DNA of 64,000 bases from Andalucia godoyi And28 (Eukaryota > Protista > Jakobida), in NCBI GenBank assembly GCA_009859145.1, contig VRVR01000023.1, positions 205,319 through 269,318 on the forward strand, read 5' to 3'. This document shows, in pieces, positions 30,570 through 40,650 of the stretch (its first letter is position 1; every line of letters starts with the position of its first letter). The translations under genes and the position numbers were made by a program. The notes under the pieces are model-generated. The model made no database searches. It was not told where the DNA came from and worked only from the letters and a program-made list of their open reading frames with translations.

Positions 30570-32615
30570 ATGATCACTCGACCCATTACCCATCGTCCAT
30601 CTCCAGCCGTGGCGGTAACAGTGCCTCTGTCGCAGCCGGAAATTTCCTCCAGCATCGGCGCGCATCAACAGGACGCGTTTGCCCCGTCGTATCCGGCACA
30701 TCCTCCGCCACCTCCAGCGGCTCCCGCCTATGCCTATCTATCACATTCGCATTCGCATTCGCATTCACACTCGCATTCGCATCCACAGTCTCATCCGCAG
30801 CCCTCGCACTACCATACACATCCAGGACTGCATGAGATTTCTTCACAAGGCAGACCGGCGTCAACGCCCGTCTATCATCTGCATGATGCACTGCCAGCAG
30901 GTTCACAGCCTCTCCATTTCGGCCCGTATGCATATGCATCGCAGCCCCAATCTCAGGCGCTTCTGCAACCACCTCCACCTCCACCTCCACCACCACCACC
31001 ACAGTCCCTTCACTACTCACAACCCCCGTACTATTCGTCTCCACCGTCGGCAAGCAGCTACTACTACCACCCACAGTTCCAGCAGCACGTCCACCACCAC
31101 CACCACCCCCAATTCTCGCATCACCTGCATCAGTATCCTGCATCTTTTCCGCTGCATCAACAGCAGCAGCAACAACAACAACAACAACAACATGCGCTTC
31201 ACCATCAGCCAATCTATCACCACTTCCCTCCTCCTCCTCCGTCGTCGTCGTCGTCGTCGTTTCTGTCCTCTTTCAACAGTGCGTCGACCTCATCGACTCC
31301 TTCTAGTGGCAGCTCCACCTCGACTCACACGTCGTCTTCTTCGTCCTCTGGCTCGTCGTCATCGTCATCGTCGCCATCGATATCCACGCTGCTGGCAAGG
31401 CCTACTCCGCAAGTGGCCCATGCTCATGCTCATGCTCTGCACAAAGCCCATGCTCATTCCCACTCCCACACACATTCACACGCCAACGCGAATGCAAGTG
31501 CCAATGCGAATGGGCAAGTCGTGGTGGAGTGGAAGCCCGAGAAGCGCCGGTCCCCTCGCTCATGGACGTCGGATGAGGATGCGCTGTTGCTCTCTGCAGT
31601 GTCCCAGCATGGCGCGCGGAACTGGAAAAAGATCGCCAGTGTTGTTGGTTCCAACAAGGATGCTGCATCGTGCTATCAGCGGTTCCACAGGGTTTTGGAT
31701 CCGACGCTGACGCGTGCGGACTGGGCTCTGGAAGAGTGGATGCAGCTCGCGATTGCAGTCCGGTTCCACGGGGCTGCGTGGTCGGCCGTGGCACGTGCGT
31801 TGCCGGGTCGTACCGATGTTGCAGCTCGAAAGAGATGGAAAGACGTGGTTCGAGAAGCAGAGACGGTCGTCGATCCTGCAGAAAAAGGCACCGTCCAAGC
31901 TGCTATCCAGTCACTGCTTCGCGATAACGATGCTGCTGCTGCTGCTGCTGCTGTTGTTGTTGATGTGAAGATGGGAAATGCTAATGACAATGCAAAGGAG
32001 GGTGATGGGGAGAAGAGGACGGAAACGGATGGTGGTGATTGCGAGAGTGCGAAAATCAAATCGAACAGCAATCATGAAGATGGGGAAAAGAGGGACTCTG
32101 GGGATGTCATGAAAAAGTTGTTCAGCGTTGTGGCGGTGGACGTGAGAGGTAAGTTGGTCCCAAGACCGCTGCAATGCGAGTTTCTCCGAGTGTGCGCAGA
32201 AGAATTGGTACCCAAGGATGCGCTCCGTGTGCTGAAAGCAGTGGGGTATGTGCCGACAACCGATACCGCAATCGAAATGGTCCGTATGATCGAGGGCGGC
32301 GTTGCGGCTCCGAGATTTACTATTTCTTCCTCGACGGTGCACTCGGATAGCAGCGATTTGGACAATGACGGTATGCAAGATCTCGATGCGTCGGACGGCT
32401 CTCATGATGGTCCGCTCCGGGACCGCAAACAAGAACAGCAACAAGACGAAGAAGGTGCTGCAGAAGGCGATGATGCCGACGAAGATGGTGATGGAGAGGG
32501 AGAAGAGGCGGTTGGAAGGAAACGACAGCGACGAAAAACTCCAGCAGCATCTACTTCAACAGCAGGAAACGGTGCGAAACGAGTCAAGCCGAGCGTTACC
32601 GAAACATCGTCGTAA
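30570..32615 (+). CDS. Myb-domain transcription factor (two repeats) with long low-complexity regions
   Basis: WTSDEDALLLSAVSQHGARNWKKIA...CYQRFHRVLDPTLTRADWALEE...HGAAWSAVARALPGRTDVAARKRW. Poly-H, -P, -Q and -S tracts and an acidic tail. Confidence 0.9.
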   Translation: MITRPITHRPSPAVAVTVPLSQPEISSSIGAHQQDAFAPSYPAHPPPPPAAPAYAYLSHSHSHSHSHSHSHPQSHPQPSHYHTHPGLHEISSQGRPASTPVYHLHDALPAGSQPLHFGPYAYASQPQSQALLQPPPPPPPPPPPQSLHYSQPPYYSSPPSASSYYYHPQFQQHVHHHHHPQFSHHLHQYPASFPLHQQQQQQQQQQQHALHHQPIYHHFPPPPPSSSSSSFLSSFNSASTSSTPSSGSSTSTHTSSSSSSGSSSSSSSPSISTLLARPTPQVAHAHAHALHKAHAHSHSHTHSHANANASANANGQVVVEWKPEKRRSPRSWTSDEDALLLSAVSQHGARNWKKIASVVGSNKDAASCYQRFHRVLDPTLTRADWALEEWMQLAIAVRFHGAAWSAVARALPGRTDVAARKRWKDVVREAETVVDPAEKGTVQAAIQSLLRDNDAAAAAAAVVVDVKMGNANDNAKEGDGEKRTETDGGDCESAKIKSNSNHEDGEKRDSGDVMKKLFSVVAVDVRGKLVPRPLQCEFLRVCAEELVPKDALRVLKAVGYVPTTDTAIEMVRMIEGGVAAPRFTISSSTVHSDSSDLDNDGMQDLDASDGSHDGPLRDRKQEQQQDEEGAAEGDDADEDGDGEGEEAVGRKRQRRKTPAASTSTAGNGAKRVKPSVTETSS

Positions 32616-32743
32616 GCAAATTGCGTGCATTCACACATGCAGCACGTGTATATATGTATTTGTATCTTTTAATTAAAAGAGAAACACCTGGATCTGACCA
32701 AGTGCAAACCCAAGCCGAGCCCAACACTCAAACGCGGGATAAC

Positions 32744-33550
32744 TCAATAGACAGCCATGAGCGCAAAGCAAGTGTAGACGAGAGCGACAGGGTACGCAAC
32801 GAGCCACTTCTGGTGTGCCATGCCGCAGACAGAGACGAAGAGTTGTGACGCAGCGTATGTGGACCACGACACCACAGACCACATCATGATTGCAACGGTC
32901 ATGCCTGCAGACGACACCGGGACGACAAGGAGCAGGAGTACCAGGAGGACGATCGGCAGCAGCGAGTAGCCAAGCACTGCGACAGTTCTGCTGACGTCGA
33001 TCCCCCCAAGCCCCGCCGGCATCATTAGGTTGAGCAGCGAGTACATTCCTAGACAACCCATCATCCCGACGCCATAGATCATACCAAAATGGATTTTGCC
33101 TCGAAGAAGCAGTGCAAAGCCCAGCGCCGCACAGAAGAGCAGCGGTCCGGCCAGATCAGAGTCGTCAAAAACATGAGTGTCGCGCCCTCGCGATGAAAAA
33201 GGGTTCAGCACCGCAAGTGTCTTGTTCGCAATATGTGCCGGATGAATGCCCAGTTCTTCCAACAGCGGTGGTTCATTTGCATAGTCCTCCTCCTCATCAA
33301 ATGGCAAATCCGAGTTTGGAAGCTGGCCAAGCGACTCGGACGCATGCAAAGCTCGAGACGATACACTGCTGGCCTTCATGTGACTATTGCTATTGCCACC
33401 ACCACTACTACTAATACTACTACTGCCGTTGATACCATTATTGCCGTGCATGGAAGATGGAGCAGCTCCGTAGTCCGCAAACCCGACCGAGGTCGAATCC
33501 GGGGTTCCGTCAGAATCGTCAAAAATAGCAGTACTAAGGCGCTGCGACAT
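32744..33550 (-). CDS. YIP1: Yip1-domain ER-Golgi membrane protein (YIPF5/7-like)
   Basis: EPPLLEELGI, DDSDLAGPLLF, GKIHFGMIYG, VLGYSLLP and YPVALVY, with several TM helices. Confidence 0.95.
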   Translation of the reverse strand: MSQRLSTAIFDDSDGTPDSTSVGFADYGAAPSSMHGNNGINGSSSISSSGGGNSNSHMKASSVSSRALHASESLGQLPNSDLPFDEEEDYANEPPLLEELGIHPAHIANKTLAVLNPFSSRGRDTHVFDDSDLAGPLLFCAALGFALLLRGKIHFGMIYGVGMMGCLGMYSLLNLMMPAGLGGIDVSRTVAVLGYSLLPIVLLVLLLLVVPVSSAGMTVAIMMWSVVSWSTYAASQLFVSVCGMAHQKWLVAYPVALVYTCFALMAVY

Positions 33551-33901
33551 CTCGAACCAAAAATTTAATTAGAATTATTTTTTTTTTGGTCATAAACGAC
33601 AATAAATATCAATCATCGTAATGGTGACTGATCAACAACCAGGAAGAGGAAAAGAAAAGTCGCTGAAGAGAAAACGGGTCTTGCCTTTGTATTCGGTCTG
33701 AATCCGTAGTTGAACTACGACCAGTGATTCCACGTCATCGTTGAATTCCTCAAGTTGAGCAACAGTTCATCTTTTGGCAATTTCGCACTTTAATTTTTGT
33801 CCAACTCTGTGTTGCGTGTGTACGTGTACGTGTGTGCAGACCGACAAATTAAAACGTGAGAAAAACACGAAAAGCAATCGCAAAAGAAAGAAAGAAAAAG
33901 A

Positions 33902-35965
33902 ATGTTTGGAGGTCGTTCATTTGTGGTTCGGCGAGTTGCGCCGATGGTTGCAAAGGCGCATTGTCCGCGAGTGTATTTTTCATCGTCTTCATCGACGGCA
34001 GGTGTTGAGCGCCATGCATTCCAGGCAGAGACGTCGCAGCTGCTCAAGATAGCAGCACAGAGCTTGTATACAGACAAGGAAGTGTTTCTTCGCGAGCTTA
34101 TTTCGAATGCGTCGGACGCGTGCCAGAAGGTACGGTATCTTGAGAACACAGGCGAGCAGATTGTGGACTCGCATGTGGAACTGGGAATTCATATTACTGT
34201 CAATGCCGATGAAAAGGTGCTTGTGATTGAGGATCGCGGGATCGGGATGACGAGGGAGGAACTGAAGGAGAATCTGGGAACCATCGCAAAATCAGGGACG
34301 AGAGCATTTGCAGCGAAGCACGCAGACATGAAGGATGTGATTGGGCAGTTTGGAGTGGGATTCTACTCGGCGTTCATGGTGGCCAACTCGGTCAAGGTGT
34401 TTTCAAAGTCGGCGATTGCAAAGAATGCACAGGAAAAGGCAAATTTGTGGGAATCGGACATCTCTGGGTATTACACTGTCCAGGAGGCGGACCAGAATGC
34501 AGTTGAGGTTCCGCGCGGGACGCGAATTGAACTGCATTTGAACGAGAGCTCGGCCGAGTTTGCAAAACCCGAGGTGATTGAAAAGCTGGTTTCCAGATAT
34601 TCGTCCTTTATTGGAGTGCCCATCACTGTCAATGGAAAGAGAATCAACACAGTTAGCCCCATCTGGACCAGCGATCCCAAGAAAGTCACCGAAAAGGACT
34701 ATCACGAATTCTACAGGTTTGCGGCCGACGCATATGACGAGCCTCGCTTCCACTTGCATTTCTCGACAGACTACCCAGTGCAGCTGCGATCCATCATCTT
34801 TGTCCCGAGAACGCATGTGGAGAAGTTTGGTATGGGCAGGCAGGAGTCTGGCATTGCACTTTATTCGAGGAAGGTTCTCATTCAGAAGCCTGCAAAGAAT
34901 CTCGTCCCAGACTGGATGCGATTCCTGAAGGGCGTGGTGGACTGCGAGGATATTCCACTGAACATTTCACGCGAGTCGATGCAGGACACTCGTTTGATGA
35001 ACACCATCAATACTGCGGTCAGTCGAAAAGTCTTGTCGTGGCTCAAGTCCAAGGCTGAAATCAAGGAAGAGGTGCCAAAAGAAGAAGAAGCGACGGCGGC
35101 GTTGCAGAAAGAGGAATACGATGCATTCTTTAGAGAGTTCGGAGTCTTCATCAAGGAAGGCGCTGTTGTGGACCAACAGAACCGTGACCAGATTGCGCCA
35201 CTGCTTCGATTCGAGTCGAGCAAGACCAGACCGGGAGAGTTTGTGTCGCTGGATGTGTACACCAACCGAAACCCGGGATCGCAGATTTTGTTCGTACAGG
35301 TCCCGTCTCGTGCGCTTGCCGAAAAGTCTCCGTACATCGAGGCCTTCATTCAGGAAGGAATCGAAGTACTGTACTCGTTTGACGCTGTTGATGAATTTTT
35401 GTTCAATGCTTTGGGCCAGTATCGAAACCGAAAGTTTCTGTCTGCGTCGTCATCCGAGGCGCAAAAGTTGATTTCAGAGAAGAGCAGCGAAAGCGAGAGC
35501 AAGGACAAAGACAATCTGGATGAAACCGAGGACGGCAAGAAGAAGTCGGACGGCGACAAGCCTTCCGGCGCCGCTGAAGACCCAGAGTTTTCCAGCTGGG
35601 TGCAATCGTCCTTGTCTGATCGTGTAGACTCGGTATCTGTGGTGAAACGCGCATCCTCTACGCCGCTTGTTGTCTTGGATCACGAGTCTCCAATGCTGCG
35701 AAAGATGATGAAAATGGCAGGACAAGGCGGTGCATTGGCCAATGCCAATTTCGCAAAGCACCAGATTCAGGTGTTCTCGTCCAACCCCATTATGCAAAGT
35801 CTGGCCAACATTCGCAAATCGGATGAGGAAACTGCGGCGCTGATCGTGGAGCAATTGTTCGAGAATGCTCTTGTCACGGCGGGCATCATGGACGAGCCAC
35901 GGGAGATGGTCCCTCGAATCAACAAGATTATCGAGCTGGCTTTGAAATCCAGCAAACCGCAGTGA
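33902..35965 (+). CDS. TRAP1: Mitochondrial Hsp90 (TRAP1/Hsp75)
   Basis: Presequence-like N-terminus, then FQAET, KEVFLRELISNASDA, NLGTIAKSG, IGQFGVGFYSAFMVA, the TRAP1-type ALYSRKVLIQ, and GVVDCEDIPLNISRE. There is no MEEVD tail. Confidence 0.95.
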   Translation: MFGGRSFVVRRVAPMVAKAHCPRVYFSSSSSTAGVERHAFQAETSQLLKIAAQSLYTDKEVFLRELISNASDACQKVRYLENTGEQIVDSHVELGIHITVNADEKVLVIEDRGIGMTREELKENLGTIAKSGTRAFAAKHADMKDVIGQFGVGFYSAFMVANSVKVFSKSAIAKNAQEKANLWESDISGYYTVQEADQNAVEVPRGTRIELHLNESSAEFAKPEVIEKLVSRYSSFIGVPITVNGKRINTVSPIWTSDPKKVTEKDYHEFYRFAADAYDEPRFHLHFSTDYPVQLRSIIFVPRTHVEKFGMGRQESGIALYSRKVLIQKPAKNLVPDWMRFLKGVVDCEDIPLNISRESMQDTRLMNTINTAVSRKVLSWLKSKAEIKEEVPKEEEATAALQKEEYDAFFREFGVFIKEGAVVDQQNRDQIAPLLRFESSKTRPGEFVSLDVYTNRNPGSQILFVQVPSRALAEKSPYIEAFIQEGIEVLYSFDAVDEFLFNALGQYRNRKFLSASSSEAQKLISEKSSESESKDKDNLDETEDGKKKSDGDKPSGAAEDPEFSSWVQSSLSDRVDSVSVVKRASSTPLVVLDHESPMLRKMMKMAGQGGALANANFAKHQIQVFSSNPIMQSLANIRKSDEETAALIVEQLFENALVTAGIMDEPREMVPRINKIIELALKSSKPQ

Positions 35966-36123
35966 GGACGCTCTCTGTGAATTTGCAAATGCTGTGCTTA
36001 CTCCTTCTGCGTGAGGGGAGGCCCAAAAGAAAAAAGAAAAAGAAGAAGAAAAAACAAAAAAACACGCACACATTAAAAGAAGAAGATACCATATTTTAAC
36101 ATTCTGGGATTTGCACGTGATGC

Positions 36124-38907
36124 TCATAGCGGATTGGGACGGACTGCTGTTTTTCGATTGGTTGATGACGCAAACTGTTCGCACTCATGAGAAGAAACAG
36201 TGTGGTTCAGTCGACCCGATGCAAACTCGGCAGACCCACCACCCTTTCCAGAATGAACAGCAAAGAACTGCTGCAGCACTTGATTCGCTGCAAGTCCCGA
36301 GCGCGTTGTGGAAAAACAAAACACTCGGAGGCCGACAACCAATAACTGTGCCGCAAGCGGTCGGGCATTCGCAAGATCTTGTCCGAACATGCGAGGAACA
36401 TCCATTGAAACTTTGGCAGACACCACCTTCTGTGCAACTTCTGCATCGACAAAATGAACAATAACGATACCAAGCGCATCAGAAGACGGCTGCGGATACG
36501 ATTGGCAGGATGCTCGCAAAAGTGTCTTGCCAAGATCGACAATCGATGCTTCATATGCTTCCGACTTGTCCGCCAGCGCATGGACACGATTTTCTACTAG
36601 AGGGACAGTAGTGCGAAGAGTGGTCGCCACCCGGTGCGCGATTGCCGACTCGTCCAAGAGTAATCGAACACACGCCGCACCAGCTACGGCTTCTATTCGA
36701 CGAACACCGGCGGCAACGGAACCTTCATTCAGGATGCGGAACGGATAAATGTCATTCAGGCTCTTTGTGTGTGTGCCGCCACATAGCTCGATGGACCCAT
36801 CCCCTACTGAAACAACCCGAACAAGATCTTTGTACTTTTCAGAAAACAACGCAACCGCACCACTGCGACTTGCCTGCTCCATGGACATTTCGCGGACAGA
36901 TATCGCTGAGGAACCTTGAGAAACACTTTGCACGTCTTCTTGGACACGATGGAGTTCCTCTGCGGTAAGCGCGCGAGAAAACGTGAAATCGAACCGCAAT
37001 CGAGAATCATCCACATGTGATCCAGCCTGGACAACTTGATGTGCTCCCAGCTCACGGCGCAGTGCAGCATGGAGAAGGTGGGTGGCGGAGTGGTGCACGC
37101 GAATAAGCGCTCGTCGTCGCTCATCGACTTGCGCAGTAGCCTTGATGGCAGATAACAGGACCGGGGAAACTGCTTCGACCGTTTCGGTAGTGTTTGCTGG
37201 CAGCAACTCCATGACGGTATCGGCGACGGCCCGCACAGACCACGCATCCTCAGATCGAATGCGGAGGACGGTGCAATCTTCGAAGACATGTTGCGCGTCA
37301 TCCACGATCAAACGGTAGGGTTTCTCGAATCCCGGTAGCACCAGCTCGACATAGCCCTTGTCGCCCACTTGGCCTCCAGACTCGGCATAAAACGGACACT
37401 CGCTCAGGACCATCCATCCGGAATTCGAATCTAGCGGGTCCACGGCCAATCCGACAATAGATGACAACACTTTGAGATTGTCGTAGCCAACAAACGAGGA
37501 CTTCAAGGCGGCTTTCATCCACAACTCTCGAATCGGAGGTGGTGGGACGGATCGAGATGCGCTCCCTTGCAGCGAATTCTGCTTTGAAGTCGCTTTCTGT
37601 TTGTTCATCAGCTGATCAAACCCAGGCAGATCAACCAACGCGCCCGCATCTCGCGCGATTGTTGCAGTCAGATCAATCGGAAATCCAAACGTGTCATGGA
37701 GGTCAAACGCCAAGTCTGCAGGAATCGTTACCTGCGGTGCATCGTTCTGAACAGCAGCCGCCTTGGATACAAAGAAAGAGTTCAGCATTCCGAGTCCTTG
37801 ATCAAGGGTACGCAGAAACGATAGCTCTTCTCCATTCACGATAGAACAAACGGAGTCGATTCGCTCCATCACGTATGGATATGCCTCGCGCATGATTTCC
37901 GCGACAACTGGACACAAGTCGGACAAGAACGGCGCAGACGACGACAACCCTGCGGCTCGCTGCAATTCCGCTCCATACCGGATGGCTCGTCTCATGATCC
38001 TTCGCAACACGTATCCTCGTCCCACATTCTTCGGAACCACTCCGTCTGCAACGAGGAATGTCATTGCCCGCAGATGATCCGCGACGACCCTTAGTGCCGT
38101 CTCCACCTTTGCAGACAGTCGGGCCTCCTGGGACAGCCCGAGCCGCGCACATATTGCCCCAATCAATGCTTGAAATTCATCTGTTTCGTAATTGGACCTG
38201 ACATTCTGCAGAACGGACATCAGTCTTTCCAGACCCATGCCGGTATCAATGCACAGCGCAGGTAAGTCTCCCGCATGCAATCCGCTCGCATCCTTTCGGA
38301 ACTGCATGAACACAACATTCCAAATCTCCAGCCAGCGGTCATCGTGAGAATCGCCTGGGTTTCCTGTCTTGTCCCAGAATATCTCTGTGCAATAGCCATA
38401 CGGACCCGCTCCGTCGCCCATCATCCAAACGTTATCGGAGTCAAACCGAAAGATCTTATCAGCAGGAACACCAATCTTATGGTGCCACAAATCCCACGAG
38501 TGCTTGTCACTCTCATGAACAGATACCGCAAGTCTGCCTTCGGGAAGCCTCATGTCCTGCGTCAGGAATTCCCATGCGAATCGAATGCCATCCTCCTTTT
38601 GAAATCGGCCATTGAAGGCAAAATTACCAAGCATCTCAAAAAACGTGTGATGACGCGGCGTATATCCTACATTATCCAAATCATTGTGTTTTCCACCAGC
38701 TCGAACACACCTCTGAACAGAAACAGCACTGTTCTTCTCGGGTGCTGCGCGTGTCCCCAAAAAGCAGTCTTTGAACTGCACCATTCCGGAATTCGTAAAC
38801 AAGAGCGTTGGATCGCCTTGTGGAATCAAGGATGATGAAGGAACATGCGTGTGGCCTCGGATTTTAAAGAATTCCACAAACGACTTTCGCACATGTTGCG
38901 CATTCAT
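36124..38907 (-). CDS. AARS: Alanyl-tRNA synthetase (bacterial/organellar type); N-terminus unresolved
   Basis: DPTLLFTNSGMVQFK, QRCVRAGGKHNDLDNVG, RHHTFFEMLGNF, IDTGMGLERL, GRGYVLRRIMRRA, FYAESGGQVGD, HSATHLLHAALR, RLRFDF, ELCGGTH, GVRRIEAVAG. First ATG is at 38907, but the frame stays open to 39063. Confidence 0.96.
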   Translation of the reverse strand: MNAQHVRKSFVEFFKIRGHTHVPSSSLIPQGDPTLLFTNSGMVQFKDCFLGTRAAPEKNSAVSVQRCVRAGGKHNDLDNVGYTPRHHTFFEMLGNFAFNGRFQKEDGIRFAWEFLTQDMRLPEGRLAVSVHESDKHSWDLWHHKIGVPADKIFRFDSDNVWMMGDGAGPYGYCTEIFWDKTGNPGDSHDDRWLEIWNVVFMQFRKDASGLHAGDLPALCIDTGMGLERLMSVLQNVRSNYETDEFQALIGAICARLGLSQEARLSAKVETALRVVADHLRAMTFLVADGVVPKNVGRGYVLRRIMRRAIRYGAELQRAAGLSSSAPFLSDLCPVVAEIMREAYPYVMERIDSVCSIVNGEELSFLRTLDQGLGMLNSFFVSKAAAVQNDAPQVTIPADLAFDLHDTFGFPIDLTATIARDAGALVDLPGFDQLMNKQKATSKQNSLQGSASRSVPPPPIRELWMKAALKSSFVGYDNLKVLSSIVGLAVDPLDSNSGWMVLSECPFYAESGGQVGDKGYVELVLPGFEKPYRLIVDDAQHVFEDCTVLRIRSEDAWSVRAVADTVMELLPANTTETVEAVSPVLLSAIKATAQVDERRRALIRVHHSATHLLHAALRRELGAHQVVQAGSHVDDSRLRFDFTFSRALTAEELHRVQEDVQSVSQGSSAISVREMSMEQASRSGAVALFSEKYKDLVRVVSVGDGSIELCGGTHTKSLNDIYPFRILNEGSVAAGVRRIEAVAGAACVRLLLDESAIAHRVATTLRTTVPLVENRVHALADKSEAYEASIVDLGKTLLRASCQSYPQPSSDALGIVIVHFVDAEVAQKVVSAKVSMDVPRMFGQDLANARPLAAQLLVVGLRVFCFSTTRSGLAANQVLQQFFAVHSGKGGGSAEFASGRLNHTVSSHECEQFASSTNRKTAVRPNPL

Positions 38908-39453
38908 ATTGCCGTAATGCTGCTTCGAAACACAGAAGGAAAGGGAAGAAGAAAAACCAAAAACACCACCAACCAACCCGTCTTTGTGATCTTTCCTCTC
39001 CGCTTGCTTGGATATTATTAAATTAACAAACACTGAATGCTTGGTTCGCTTTGCCAAGTCCAACAGACGGGCACGAAAAGCAAAATGAGGAAGCAGAACA
39101 ATAAGGGCGCTTCCATAAAATTCAATTCACAAATTCCAGCAGTTCCTCAAACCGGTCTTCTTTTTCTCCTTTCCGTTTCTCTCTCGTTTCCTTTTCCCTT
39201 TTGCCTGTTATCCGCTGTCTCTCGTCCCTTTGGATTTTGTTTGGTGAACCCATTCCCTTTTTCCCTCTTTCCGTTTCTCTCGTTTCACCTTGGACTTCGT
39301 TGTGTCAAATAAAATATTGAATAAAACACTGCTGCGTTCGTATTTTTGATGTTTCACCGTTTTTATTTGGCACCACATCCTCCTCACACTTCGCCACGCG
39401 TTGTCGGGTTTGTTTGTTTCGTCGGTTTCATACTTGCACATTTTCGGAACCCG

Positions 39454-40545
39454 ATGGTGCAGGTGGTGAAAGCTGCGCTCCGAGAGCGGCTGCGCTATCC
39501 CGATCTGCACGATGCCCTCCCGATCTGGGTGAACGATTTGCCGTTCATCACGTGGCGCGGCGCACTTCTGCTAAAAACCACTACCTCGCCCTTGTGTTGG
39601 AGAATGACCTGCCCTTTCCCGATTTCAAGGATTCGTTCTGGATGAATGCATTTTACGTTTCTGGATGGCCGCATCACTGCTACTTCTTCCGAGTCCGTCC
39701 CTGCACTCACCGCCTTTGCGGAGGAGCATTGGGACGACCATCCGCGGCTGCAGGAAGTCGGGTACAGAGGGGAGTACTGCCAAGCGTTGCGGCATCTCGC
39801 GAGAGAGTGCCAAACCAACATGGCAAACGGCTTCAAGTCCGGTCTTGAGGCGAAGCCGCGTCGCCATGTCTTCGCATTCATTCCCGCAGACAGCCAAGAC
39901 GGACGGCGTGTCGGTGTCCTTCGTCCCCGAGTACGAGACCATGCGCAGACCGCGTGCGGCTGACGACGAGATGGTCCCCAGAGAGCCCCACCCCAGGAGA
40001 AGGCGCGGGGCAGCGGGGCGCGAGGATCAGCAGCAGCAGCAGCAGCCGCGTCAGGTGCCGGCGGACATGACGCTTGTCGGGATCGACCCAGGGCGCACAA
40101 ACATCTTGACCGCGTTCGACGGGACTTCCGTGCGCAGCGAGATGCGCAACCAGTGGTATCATGCCACCGGTGCAAATGCCGAGCGCAAGTGGATGGAGCA
40201 ACGCAGCGGTCGTGTCAAGAAGCAGCAGGCGACGGCCAAGCTGCTGGACCGTCTGGCTACCCGCGACCAGGTGGCACTCTTTTTTAGGTTCCATCAACAC
40301 CCGAAGAGGGTGCGCATGCGGATGCTCGAGAATCCGGTGTTGCGTCGTGAGTGCTTCGTGTCCCGGGGGTTGAGACACTGCGCCACAGTGAACTGTCCAT
40401 CTGACCGCGGTTCTTGTGTCGGAATCCACGCGGTATTCCCAGTGCAAGCGAGTTGGAGTCTCGCGAAGGGCAGTCCATGCGAAGCTCGGAGGAAGTAAGG
40501 TGTGCGCAACATTTATTTGAAGAACGCCGCAAGGTGTGTTGGGGC
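39454..40545 (+). pseudogene. Degenerate Fanzor1 (TnpB-derived RNA-guided endonuclease) pseudogene, frameshifted and internally deleted
   Basis: Collinear fragments in successive frames: MVQVVKAALRERLRYPDLHDAL..WVND..FITWRGALLL / NHYLALVLENDLPFPDFKDSFWMNAF / QALRHLARECQTNMANGF..LEAKPRRHV / KTDGVSVSF (39899) / LVGIDPGRTNILT (RuvC-I Asp at 40085) / QWYHATG / KKQQATAKLLDRL / PVLRRE / VLVSE..YSQC (RuvC-II Glu at 40422) / VHAKL..VC / NAAR (40523). Confidence 0.82.
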
Positions 40546-40650
40546 TGCCCCCTTTCCGTCCATGGCGACATGGCCCGGTGCTGCAACACTAATTACGCAT
40601 GGCTGGCGATGGCTATGCATACTCGGTGTGCAATGTAGGCGTGCGAAGCG
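40535..40650 (+). ncRNA. Candidate omegaRNA scaffold of the Fanzor element
   Basis: Lies immediately 3' of the RuvC-III region. Hairpins: GGGG-CTG-CCCC (40541-40551), CCATG-GCGA-CATGG with a GNRA loop (40560-40573), and GCATGGC/GCTATGC with one G-U pair (40597-40618). The position matches the known Fanzor/TnpB architecture; expression is not shown. Confidence 0.45.

Larger units (their letters stand above)
39300..40650 (+). mobile_element. Non-autonomous Fanzor-bearing element remnant (ends approximate)
   Basis: An island of about 1.35 kb, GC-rich over its coding part, inserted between the AlaRS promoter and the SECISBP2 3' end, with an abrupt switch to AT-rich flank at about 40651. No transposase is nearby, and no convincing TIR or TSD was identified. 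Confidence 0.55.
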
